A stretch of DNA of 64,000 nucleotides from Perna viridis (lineage: Eukaryota): the NCBI GenBank assembly GCA_037379345.1, contig CM074522.1, positions 26,350,001-26,414,000 on the forward strand, written 5' to 3'. The translations under genes and the position numbers were made by a program. The notes beneath the pieces were generated by a model. That model saw nothing but the letters and a program-made list of their open reading frames with translations, made no database searches and was not told where the DNA came from. This document shows, in pieces, positions 49,701 to 59,798 of the stretch (the first letter of the stretch is position 1; each line of letters begins with the position of its first letter).

Positions 49701-52700
49701 TAAATACACAAATACCTATTATATGATATTGTGAAATACGATTGGCTGTACACATGTTTCAGGGGGTTGCATCTCATGAGTAAGGTAGCATTAAAATAAA
49801 ATGTAGAGGAAGACCTAAATTAACATTATTTGTTTATAGAAGTACTCAAACACAAATATTGAAATAAGAAGCCAAATCTATCACTTAGAGGTTCTACCAA
49901 TACAAAGAACAAAACCTAAAGGATCTTAGTATTTTGCAATATTTTAATTGTGCCCATTCGTTAGGCGTGACCAATTTGTTATGTATAGATACCAGCAAAA
50001 TATTATTAATTAACGTGTGGCATATAACAAGCTTCTTACCACAAGACAGTTTCTAATTCATTCAATACGATCTCGAAAACGCTGATTTGTTGGACTAAGT
50101 ATATGATACTGAAAACTTAAAATAAGCCCATTATGGGTATGAACTAGAGTATAATTTATAAATGGGCTACTGGGGCCGAGAACGGATTTCTAAACGTAAC
50201 TGTATCATTATATAGATACCAGTGATTTACCGAAATGTTCCCTGTGTAAAAATTTTCGATCATTCACACTGTAAAATGAATCTCCGCTTGAATCGCCCGT
50301 TACGAAATGTTGTAATGGTAATGGCAAAATACAACTTAATGCAATTCGTTTTATTTTTCTATTTGGTCACAAAAACTAGTGACAGTCTGTTTCAACCATG
50401 TAATTACTGGGGACTTGAATTTTGATTAAACAAGCAAATATTCAGATTTTGTAATGAGAACTTGTGGGATATAAAACGGATTTTCAACTCCTTTGTTTAT
50501 TTTGTTTCTTTTCACAATATTTGGAATTGCAAGTACAGTACTTGTCTGGGCAAGCTTGCAATCAATTCTATGGAGGATGGGGAATGGTGTGGTTGAGAAT
50601 GGGGATGGTTAGTTTGAATGGGGATGATGCGGAAATAAATTTTGAAAGTATTTATTCATAAACATATCAAATTAAATTGAAAAAAAAACATTTTTTAATG
50701 TTGAAGTTCTTCAAAATAATGAAGTAAACATTTGATAAAAACAGTTTCAATGTGGATTCTATGGGGGTGGATGGGTAACGAGGAATTATCTATGGTGAAT
50801 GGGGAATGGTGCTAATGGATAGTTCATACCACTTAAGAGCTTCAGGTAGAGGTTTAATCATGGAATAACCTCAGTATGTTAAACCAACAAATTTGATCCG
50901 CTTATTAATTGGTTTAATTCATGGAATAGTGTACATATCCAATCATTTCATCAATTTAAAAGAAAGCCCTCAAAGACAAAATTTAGCATAATGTAACATG
51001 CTGTTTTGGCTCATTAAGATTATTTCTGTACAAACTTAAAAACCATATTTTCAAAGTAAGTGTAAAAAAAATCATAGGTTATTTTTAAATTCTGCTTGTG
51101 AATTTGCTCTTCTTAGCACGTGAATGTTCTGAACAGCGACAAAAGTGTAGAGACGGTATACAATGTGTTTATAAAGAGAATATGTGTAATGGAATTGCGA
51201 ACTGCAATGACAATTCTGACGAAGATCCAGTACTTTGTAGAAGTAAGAGCTAAGTGAATGAGTCAATGGTTGGTTTTATAAAAATGTAGTGCCAGTAAGA
51301 CATCGTTATTGGAAAAGTAGTAAACGGTTATGCGGTCATTATATCAATTTCCAAAGTAAATTATAAATAACCTATTGAAAAGGGTTTTTGTATCCTGAGT
51401 TAAGCACGTCGCTTCAAAAGTGCTATCGTCCGAAATATCAGCGCTTTACAGGTACAGCCGTCATTTGGAAAGATGATGTTTTTTTTTTTACTTTTTCAAC
51501 ATCACATTTCTCTATTGGTCTTGCAGAAAACGTGAAATACTTACATTCTTGAAGTACCTGATTTCATTCCGGCTTTCAATAATTTTCGTGCTGCTCGTGT
51601 CGTGTTGTTAAGTACCAGTCCATATGAAATTAAGGCACTACCAATGGTAGAGGTCGTTTGTAGTGTAGAAAAAACCCACAACAAACAATGGTTATTTGGT
51701 CTGCACATGCTATATTTTAACGTAACAATAGTCCTTCCTGTATTCACATCTGTATTTTTGGGCAAACCATACGCCTCAAACTAAAATCAACCAAATTAAA
51801 CAAAATCAAGAACGATATCTCTTCCAAGTGACGATTTCATACACAATCTGTATTAATTTTATCTCAAAAGCGCAACAACCAAATAAAAAACTATGACTGT
51901 TTATGTAGTGTGTAACTATTTCTGAAAAAGTAATAAAAGAAAACTCAATGGGTATTTCATATGTATGGATCATCTCCTGTCTGATTTTCATAAGGAGTAC
52001 TACTTAAGTTACTTCATCTGCTGGCGATCAAATCCTACTATTTTGTAACGTTTTTTTTTCTTATCCACGTTAACATAAACCGAAACATTCAAAAACGCAA
52101 AAAGTTTACGAATATGTTTATTTTCATACCGTAAAGATATATCCAAAGAATACAATTTCGGTTTGAACATGTGCATTCGTGTGTCACTTATCAACATTGA
52201 CTGTAGTAAAAAACTTTTTCTAGGCATATTAATTGATATAAGATCATATTTTGAAGATATGACTTGTCCAGTTGGTCATACGAAATGCAAAGACGGTCTG
52301 CAATGCGTCGATCAAATGAGTATGTGTTCTACCAGAAACGGACACCTTTGTCACGACGGAAGTGACCAGGACGTTGAGTTTTGTGAGGGTAAGTTATTAT
52401 TGGTTGTTCTTATAATTTGTTTGTTTATTGATGTAACTAATAAATTTGTTTTCACAGCAATATTGATACGGAGCAGACGCACACACACAACAAAATACTC
52501 TCCTTTTTAGTTTCGGTGGAAATACATTGTAATGAGGCTTTACCTATTTTGTCATATATCATAATTATATGATACAAATAAAAAACAGATTTTTCTAACC
52601 AGTCTTTTTTCAACCATCTGCAATTTAATGCCTAAGAATATATAATGGTTAATTTAACCTTTTCACTGATGTTCTTTACCTAGATTTTATTACATTCATA

Positions 52701-55700
52701 ATTAATTATATGATGCCAAGAAAAAAACGACACACAAAGCTTTTTTACCGATTATTATATTATTTAACAACCTGAAACTGATTGGCTTTTAAAAAAAAAT
52801 ATTAGTTCACCTTTTCACAGGTGTTCAAAAATTAGCTGACCTTTGGATAAATTTTAAAAATGCTATCAAATGATGAAAGTTGCAGCATAAAAATAACATA
52901 GCTTTCTTTTTGAGGACATATGTAGATGATTTTAACTTTCTAAACAATCTGTATAGTAACTTATATTCATATTCAATGTTTGATCAATAATATATACGAC
53001 TAATACTAGGTTTCATTTTAACATATGCAATGCATTCAATCTGAAAAGACTATTTCTTTTCTCTTATCTTTGTTTAACAGCAGATCTTCTTCTAGACCTT
53101 TAAACATTTCTCATGACATTCTTTGTCATTTATCAATTTCTAATAGTATTGCATGAATGTGTATCTCAATAACTCCATGAATACTTGTATTATTTCAAGT
53201 TATAGTTCCAAGCACCACGTGACACCATGTTGTGTAGACATTACGTCAACGTTTAAAAAAAACCCTTTATTGTTTGTTATTGTTGCATATTTATGCCAAA
53301 AACAAAAAAAACAAAGGCAGGAATCCGTAAATGATTTATTTCATTCACAGAAACTTACATTACATATAGATTTTAAGAAAGTAGCTTAGATTTCTTGCAG
53401 ACTATGAATGTCCTACGTATCATGTGAAATGCCGAAACGGTAAACTATGTACCGCAGTGATGACTCTCTGTGATGGTTTAGAGGACTGTAATGATGGTTC
53501 TGACGAGGATCCCAATTTCTGCAGAGGTATTTGCTTTTCAAAAACACAAAAACATACATATTATCATTATACTATAAGAATAAATTACTCTTTTAAAGGC
53601 ATCAAACACCCAACCCTAACAAACAAAGCAAACAGACAAACAGTAAAAACAAATCCTTGGAAAAACAAACAAATCCCCGCCACACAACAACAACGAAACC
53701 AACATTATTGAGATGCGTGATAATTTTCATATAAACAATATCGATATGATCAAATAATTACATTTACTGTGCACATCTTTAAGTATTTTATCTCACTGGA
53801 TAATGAGTTTTACAAATGATGTTTTGTGAGTAAATAAAACAAGACTTCTCTCTTTTATAGGCCACGCCCATAGTTAAATGAACTTTTTTATTGTCACTGT
53901 GTCTGTTTTGTGACAAAATGTTAACTAAAACAATGAATCGTTAATTTTGTCTGCGTATAAAATCGTTGATAGGTCGCACATATTAAACATAACTTTAAAT
54001 TCATAATAAACTTTAGTAATTTGTCTTCCAAATATCATTGCAACCGTGATAAAACGGACATATACTCAAGACCAACGTCAGATTATATGTGACAGTTTTT
54101 TCCCGATGCCTATGTTGTTCTATGTTCCAATGGTTGCTCATTTATATTTATGATTTGGTATTTTTTTGTATTTTAATTTCGTTTCTTTGTACCTGGTAAT
54201 TTGGCTATTTTATGTTTTTGTTGTGTGTGTCAATTTTCTCAGTCGTATCTTTATCCTTGGAATGTATTCTTTTGATTTTCGATCCAATCTTTGTTCCATT
54301 AATTACCCTTCCTCCATTTAACTCGAGACGGGAACCAAGATTATAGCGGAAATGAAAAGAATGCAATCCAGGGACAAAGACACTGCATGAAAAACAAACA
54401 TACACAACAACGAACAGAAAATAACCAAAATAATACAAAGTAATAAAAGAAAATGAGCAACTCGGACTCCACTAAAAAACGGGAGCTGACCACCTGCACC
54501 GGTAGTGTAAGCTTCTTCTAGAAACCTCTATTAACGGGATTTGGTCTGCTCAGCTAGTACCAGAAAACGATGCAAAAGATATCGCATTTGAATTGTGGCC
54601 TCAATCAAATATTTTGTATAATTTTCTTCACTAGACTGATGTAATACTTGACCATCTACTATTATAATGATGATAATATGGACACACAATTTCCTTTCAT
54701 AATTTACAAACTGCTACTCCTGCTTTCTCCAACACGATACAATTTGTTTACACGAAGATTAAAGAACAAGCTAAATGTGTCTGATGACTATTACCATATA
54801 AAGAGAACAATATATCAAGAACATCCTTTCATTTCATTGTACACATTATATGGACCGAGCATCAGCATTGTCATATATATTTATATAGCCTAGCTGGCCG
54901 AGTGGTCTAGGGAGCTGGACTTTGTGGAGCAGTGTAGCGAATAGACTCGTCACATTCTGAGACGTTTATATATATATACTGCTCCATCAGGATCAAATTG
55001 ATACAGGGAAGATAAGGTAAACTTATAGAAGGGTCTGAAAATGTTAGAACTGTCAAATTTGCCATGCTAATTTTTGGTCGTTCCCTCCGCGGGACTCGAA
55101 CTCGTACCGCTGTGGCATCTATGGCAAAACCGCCTACACAAAGGTCAGCGCCCTAGACAACTCGGCCAGCTAGGCTATATAAAATGAATAACTAACAAAT
55201 ATTCTGAAGGACGTGAGACGACATGGAAGTAGACGACTGCACAAGTGCAGAGGTGTCTTTTAATACGTCGATGGATACGATTTTATATTACTTATTTATC
55301 AATAATTTGCAAATTATTGGCTGTGTTGAAATGTATTAAGCTTTCCCTGAAGAAAGCCACACACATTCTCCTCAGCGAATGAGTTATCACCCATAATAAC
55401 ATTGCGATGCACCATAAACAGAGATTTAGATTTAACGGCCGTCAATATATGTTATTTTAGGGCACAACTGAGCACCGATCATCATAGGCATAGCCCTAAA
55501 TCACATTATTCATATTTTTAAGAATATTCAAGCGTAAAATTGTTTATTTATGATTTGATTTATATAGCGTTTCGTCAATAAAAGGAAAAATAATAAAAAG
55601 AATAAAAGTAAGATCAAAGTAAATCAAAATTTACATTTTAAGTCAGTTTAAATGAAATATATGTCTCTTACATACATTGACAATTCAGGAATAAGTAATT

Positions 55701-58700
55701 TTGTCTGAAGAGTTATAAGATTTTTGTGAATGTTGCAGGTTTCGGTAGTTGTGGACTTGGCTATCAGAAGTGTGACGACGGACTACAATGTGTATTTGCG
55801 TCATATTTTTGTAATTCTCACAAAGATTGCTTAGACGGATCAGATGAAAAGGAAGAGTTATGTTCAAAAAGTAACTCATAAATTTTACCGAAATGAAAGG
55901 GATCAACATGGTTCTTATTTGTTTCGGCAAAACTTAATTTTATCGAACATATAAAAGTGATACTGTATACGGTAACAAAACACTAGTGATCTAGAAAATA
56001 CATAAACAAGATAAATTACTATTCTGTTGTGGTTAAAAAATAAATGAGTACTATAAACACAAAGAATATCATTACTTGAAAAGATCATAATGTATTTCTG
56101 GAGGTAAATACACAGAAACAAAAGAGCCAGTAAAACAAGTATTTTTAACTTTTAAAATTAGAAATGAAGTGACAAAGCGAAGAACATGAAACAACATGGA
56201 ATTTTGAACCTTCTTTTGAATATGGCATGAAATGTCACGATTTATGTAATGTCAAAATTAATTATGATTCGTTGATAAGAAAATAAATTTTATAAATAAT
56301 TTCTCCGCTCTTTTACATTAAGACAGGGTTTGTCCTAAAGGTATGACAATGTGTAAGGAGAGTGCGCAGTGCATTTACAGAATACAGCAATGTACTGGAT
56401 ATCAAGATTGTTCGGATGGATCAGATGAAGACCCAGAATTGTGCACAAAAAGTAAGCTTTTTTTTAAATTCTCCGGGTACAACAATGTGCAGTATGTGTA
56501 AAGGACTGTCTTTCTTGTAGTCAATCATTTTTTCATTATAAAATTCCAAATCATCTTCAAAATTTACAGGAGAAAATGTTTCAAGATGCTGACTTTTTTT
56601 TTTATCGACGACATATCTGTCCAGTGCTTTGGGCGCGTTTTTCAACAAACCGTCGGCAATGATCCGAAAGAAAGAACTTCGTTTACTTACATCCTTAAGT
56701 CTCAGTTGTCGCTATATAGATGCCGTATTATCGTTAAATAATCCTAGTTTCGGGATTTCACACATCGCATTTACCTCAAAGAACTTGAGATAAAGTAAAC
56801 TACAGACAATGTGAAGTCAGCCTCATATATTGACCTACACTTAGAGATCGATGGTAAAGGAAAACTATTCACTACAAAAGTTTTATGCTTGTCATCATGA
56901 ACTCGTGGATCGTTATGGTGTATCTACACCATAAAACTGATTTGTTCATCGTGTCATAGTTTTCCTTTCCTCTTTTGTCTACCTCGAACTTGACTTTTTA
57001 TGAGCAACTGTTTCAAGCGGCTGATTCTAGAAAAGCAGAGGACACTTTCCCTACCGCTACATCTGGTTCATTTTCCCAGTTTTTAGTGGAGTCCGAATTG
57101 CTCATTTATTTTTGTTACTTTGTATGCATTATTTTACATGTGGTTACTTAATGTTCTTTGTTGTGTATGTTTGTTTTCTATTGGTGGTCTTTGTCCCTGG
57201 TTTACATTCTTTTATTTCCGCTAGAGCATTGGTTCCCTTAATTACTCTTTCATTTGTGGCAACATCCCTTCAGTACCTGTGTATGGAGTTGTCATAACTA
57301 CGCAGACTTTTTATATCGCGCTAAGCTTCTTTAAATTAGGCATCTGGAACAGAGTTATTTTGTTACAAGATTGAAGTCATCCCTACAAAAGTTTTATGCT
57401 CGTCAACATGAACTCGTGGATAGTTATGGTGTATCCATCAGCACCATGAAAACTAATTTGTTCAACGTGCCTTAGTTTCGTTTCCTCTTTTGTCTTCTTT
57501 TGCTTTTTTTTATTATTCTTTTTTTCTTGTATTTAAGTCTTTAATTACTTTGTGTTCATTATTTTCTTTGTCTGTATTCCATGTCTGGTCTTTGTCACTG
57601 GATTACATTATTTTGATTTCCGCTAGAACCTTTGGTTTCCTTCATTACTAGTTTGTTCTTTGTCAATAAAATTATGTATTTAAGTAGCATTCCGAATAAA
57701 AATCATGCAACATTATTATCAATTTCACACTTAATACTTCTTGTGAAACCGACGCCTTTGGATTAAACAAAACATGTTTTATACATGTATATTTATTAGT
57801 ATTTATCATTAGATAGAACATGTCCGTTGGGAATGTCAAGATGTGGTGACAGTTCACAGTGTAATTATGATATATGGTTTTGCAATGATCGAACTGAGTG
57901 TCAAAACAACGCAGACGAGCAACCTAGTATGTGCACCAATGGTAAGTTTTGATAAGCATTATACAGCTAACACATAATGTAATTGATTTTATATGGTACA
58001 TTGTACAGGTAATTATCGAGTAATATCACATATTCCTTAGTCAGTTTAGGATTAAAATTTATTCTTTATTTCATTTAAACATGGACACATCAAAAAGACT
58101 TTTTTTTCACAAAAAATCCTATCTACAGTAACGCATCATTTGTCAGTTAAGTGTATTTTTTTTAAATTGGAAAAATCAGCAACATACGTGTCAAAAAACT
58201 ACCGGTGACAAGAAAATTTCACTCAAGGATACTTTCTATATTCGCAAAGACCATAATTAGATCTCTGAATTACTGGTTTTGCTTAGGAGTTTTTTCAGTA
58301 TAATTGAAAATAGAGTTTTTGACAGAGTTATACTCTCTGAAACAATTAATTTGCTACAAGATTGAAGTCATCACTACAGAAGTTTGATGGTCGTCATCAT
58401 GAACTCGTGGATCGTTATGGTGTATCCATCAGCACCATGATAACTGATGTATTCAACGGGTCATAGTTTTCCTTTCCCCGTTTGTCTACCCCGGACTTGA
58501 TTTTTTATGAGCAACTCGGCGGGTGTTTCTAGAAAAGCAGAGGACGCTTACCCTACCGGTGCACCTGGTCCATGCTCCCAGTTTTTATTGGAGTCCGAGT
58601 TGCTCATTTACTTTTGTTACTTTGTATGTATGATTTTAGTTTCTTTATGTTCTTTGTTGTGAATGTCTGTTTTCCATGTCTGGTCTTTGTCCCTGGATTA

Positions 58701-59079
58701 CATTCTTTTGATCACCGCTATGCTATAACCTTGGTTCCCTTGATTACTCTTTCTTAGTTCCTTTCAATGGAATTGTACTCTCTGAAATGTTCATTTTCAG
58801 TGCATTTCAATGAAATAATAACTGTATTTACCAACATGATATGGAAAATCTTCCAATTTCTTTGATTCTGATTGTGCAAATAGTCAAATTATACTTTCAA
58901 AAATGTGGGTTTCATCATATCATTCTTCACCCTCTGCTTGATTCTTACAGAGATTTGCACTTAATTAATTAAAATAGTTTTAAACTACCTGGAAGAATAA
59001 TTGTATTTTTATTACTAGCACTTGCTTCTTATATTTTTCAGGAATAACAGGCTCATTAGAAGATCCAGAGTTTTTGTGA
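31329..59079 (+). CDS. Gene 2 model (18 exons, ~722 aa): secreted protein composed of 16 LDL-receptor class A repeats
   Basis: Signal-peptide exon, then 16 phase 1-1 exons with 6 Cys and a D-x-S-D-E-type motif, then a short terminal exon (2169 nt in total). The gap at 38854-39001 could hide more exons. Confidence 0.85.
31701..31841 (+). CDS. Gene 2 LDLa 1
   Basis: DTGSSSNPVFEGCRNCTDGSSCVYRWSFCDGWNDCLNGEDEDENLCR. Confidence 0.9.
34331..34794. mobile_element. Family A copy with inverted internal structure
   Basis: Minus-strand A box (TGGCCGAGTGG) and B box (GAGTTCGAG), then a plus-strand partial copy; (TA)n on both sides. Confidence 0.85.
34797..34883. repeat. (TA)n microsatellite
   Basis: Read directly from sequence. 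Confidence 0.95.
36548..36673 (+). CDS. Gene 2 LDLa 2
   Basis: LPCSRWELKCLDEIQCFPKYSLCDKYTQCNDGSDDSIEMCK. Confidence 0.9.
37354..37479 (+). CDS. Gene 2 LDLa 3
   Basis: LQCEEDMVKCNDQVGCVYPREKCDGAVTCKDGSDEDPEFCK. Confidence 0.95.
37698..37749. repeat. (GT)n microsatellite
   Basis: Read directly from sequence. Confidence 0.95.
38002..38127 (+). CDS. Gene 2 LDLa 4
   Basis: YKCKDIYRKCDNGVECELRTYFCDGFIDCIDGSDENEKNCK. Confidence 0.95.
38718..38852 (+). CDS. Gene 2 LDLa 5
   Basis: YSCPEGQTKCKDGLQCVNKDNICNIGPYSFDCRDKSDEDPEFCK; donor cut by the N gap. Confidence 0.9.
38854..39001. other. Assembly gap
   Basis: N run. Confidence 1.
39920..40045 (+). CDS. Gene 2 LDLa 6
   Basis: YTCPDGSVKCRNGLQCVAKYKLCNGEDDCVDQSDEDTDFCK. 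Confidence 0.95.
41405..41800. mobile_element. Penelope-like 3' ends in inverted arrangement
   Basis: Minus-strand 3' UTR (41405-41616) abuts a plus-strand KFYGRHPDLVDLYGVSI fragment. Confidence 0.75.
42309..42434 (+). CDS. Gene 2 LDLa 7
   Basis: IPCDEGYQRCVDGGGCYFEADRCNGHAQCSDRSDQSADMCQ; weak donor gttcat. Confidence 0.85.
43721..43830. repeat. 33-bp minisatellite, about 3.3 copies
   Basis: ATATCCTATATCACACCTCTAGA... repeated. Confidence 0.8.
44735..44897. repeat. Foldback hairpin (probable palindromic MITE)
   Basis: Arms include ATTGGCCCTGTTATAGGTTT / AAACCTATAACAGGGCCAAT and GTCGTATTGG / CCAATACGAC. Confidence 0.85.
46850..46960 (+). mobile_element. Old SINE core-domain fragment (Nin/Deu-like); a related reverse piece lies at ~61030-61130
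   Basis: CATGTTTAAC...CCCAAG..AGGAACCTGTAG resembles mollusc SINE central domains as I recall them. Confidence 0.4.
47059..47184 (+). CDS. Gene 2 LDLa 8
   Basis: FVCQEGYIKCADGLQCISADMMCDGYAQCNDESDEDEQKCL. Confidence 0.95.
47280..47810. mobile_element. Family A copy, inverted pair
   Basis: A minus-strand piece followed by a plus-strand copy with diverged A/B boxes. Confidence 0.8.
48118..48243 (+). CDS. Gene 2 LDLa 9
   Basis: FECGKGRKKCSDGKQCIDLYQLCDGHDGCKDKSDEDETMCR. Confidence 0.95.
48611..48736 (+). CDS. Gene 2 LDLa 10
   Basis: MICPDNQMKCRNGLKCVDKSEMCNGYLVCNDGSDEDPDVCK. Confidence 0.95.
48895..49387 (+). repeat. ~490-bp direct repeat, copy 1
   Basis: Nearly identical to 51614-52105. 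Confidence 0.95.
51117..51242 (+). CDS. Gene 2 LDLa 11
   Basis: RECSEQRQKCRDGIQCVYKENMCNGIANCNDNSDEDPVLCR. Confidence 0.95.
51614..52105 (+). repeat. ~490-bp direct repeat, copy 2
   Basis: Nearly identical to 48895-49387. Confidence 0.95.
52257..52388 (+). CDS. Gene 2 LDLa 12
   Basis: MTCPVGHTKCKDGLQCVDQMSMCSTRNGHLCHDGSDQDVEFCE. Confidence 0.95.
53401..53526 (+). CDS. Gene 2 LDLa 13
   Basis: YECPTYHVKCRNGKLCTAVMTLCDGLEDCNDGSDEDPNFCR. Confidence 0.95.
54325..54525 (-). mobile_element. Penelope-like 3' UTR fragment
   Basis: GAGCAACTCGGACTCCACTAAAAA...CACCGGTAG shared with the other copies. Confidence 0.75.
54880..55180. mobile_element. Family A copy, tail-to-tail inverted pair
   Basis: Outer arms TATATAGCCTAGCTGGCCGAG / CTCGGCCAGCTAGGCTATATA around a (TA)n core. 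Confidence 0.85.
55739..55870 (+). CDS. Gene 2 LDLa 14
   Basis: FGSCGLGYQKCDDGLQCVFASYFCNSHKDCLDGSDEKEELCSK. Confidence 0.95.
56323..56451 (+). CDS. Gene 2 LDLa 15
   Basis: RVCPKGMTMCKESAQCIYRIQQCTGYQDCSDGSDEDPELCTK. Confidence 0.9.
56590..57650 (+). mobile_element. Penelope-like retroelement remnant (RT fragment + tandem 3' ends)
   Basis: Degenerate RYIDAVLSLNNPSFG...KELEIK.TTDNVKSASYIDLHLEIDGKGKL (YIDD region) and RLKSSLQKFYARQHELVD, followed by a repeated 3' UTR. Confidence 0.8.
57813..57941 (+). CDS. Gene 2 LDLa 16
   Basis: RTCPLGMSRCGDSSQCNYDIWFCNDRTECQNNADEQPSMCTN. Confidence 0.9.
58343..58775 (+). mobile_element. Penelope-like 3' fragment inserted into an older repeat
   Basis: RLKSSLQKFDGRHHELVDRYGVSI + 3' UTR, flanked by direct repeat TACTCTCTGAAA (58331-58342 / 58776-58787). 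The interrupted host repeat also occurs at ~8300-8500 in reverse orientation. Confidence 0.8.
59042..59079 (+). CDS. Gene 2 probable terminal exon (GITGSLEDPEFL*)
   Basis: tttttcag acceptor, phase 1, stop TGA at 59077-59079, AATAAA at 59132-59137. Confidence 0.6.
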
Positions 59080-59739
59080 AGAATCTTAATTGTGTACACA
59101 AACTTACTTAAAATGTACAAACACATAAAATAATAAAGCAATACCAAATATATTGCTTTATTTGAGCAAAATCTAATGATAAGAAAGAGTCTCAATTCGA
59201 ATTTAAATTTACAGATTTAATTTTTTTCACCAAAAAAAAAACAAACAAAAACAAACAAAATACAGAATAAACGCAAAATAAAACCGAGGTAAAAGCGCTT
59301 TTAACATTATTTTCATAGCAAATTACAATTATGGTATGTTACAAAGATTCACTCTTCATGTTAAAATCGTATTATTGTTTGTCATTGTTTGATAAATACT
59401 TTAAAGGAAATTTTAATCCCGTGATAAATCTTCCGTTAATTTTTACCGGTAAGTGACTATTTTTGAGCAACTCTGTGGGTGTTTAAGAAACTATCGGTGT
59501 ATCTTGTCCATACTCACAGTTTTAGTCATGTCCAGGTCGGTCATTTACTGTTGTTTCTTTGTACGTGTTATCTTGGTTATTTAATTATCTTTGGTGTGCA
59601 TGTCTATCATCCCTCTTTAGTGTTTGTCACTGGAATACATTAGTTTGAAAAGTTCTCTTGATTATTTTTTATTTAGAAAATTTTCATTTTGTTAAGACAT
59701 TTATTATCCTAATAATGGCTATATTTTGCTTATAAAGAA

Positions 59740-59744
<5 letters not shown>

Positions 59745-59796
<52 letters not shown>
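59745..59796. repeat. (TG)n microsatellite
   Basis: Read directly from sequence. Confidence 0.95.

Positions 59797-59798
<2 letters not shown>

Noticed and set aside
48744-51991. Duplicated ORFs (MPKNTDVNTG..., MKIRQEMIH...)
   Set aside because: Chance ORFs within the 490-bp intronic duplication.
31329-59079. Gene 2 as LRP, megalin or vitellogenin receptor
   Set aside because: No YWTD propeller, EGF, TM or NPxY exons were found.
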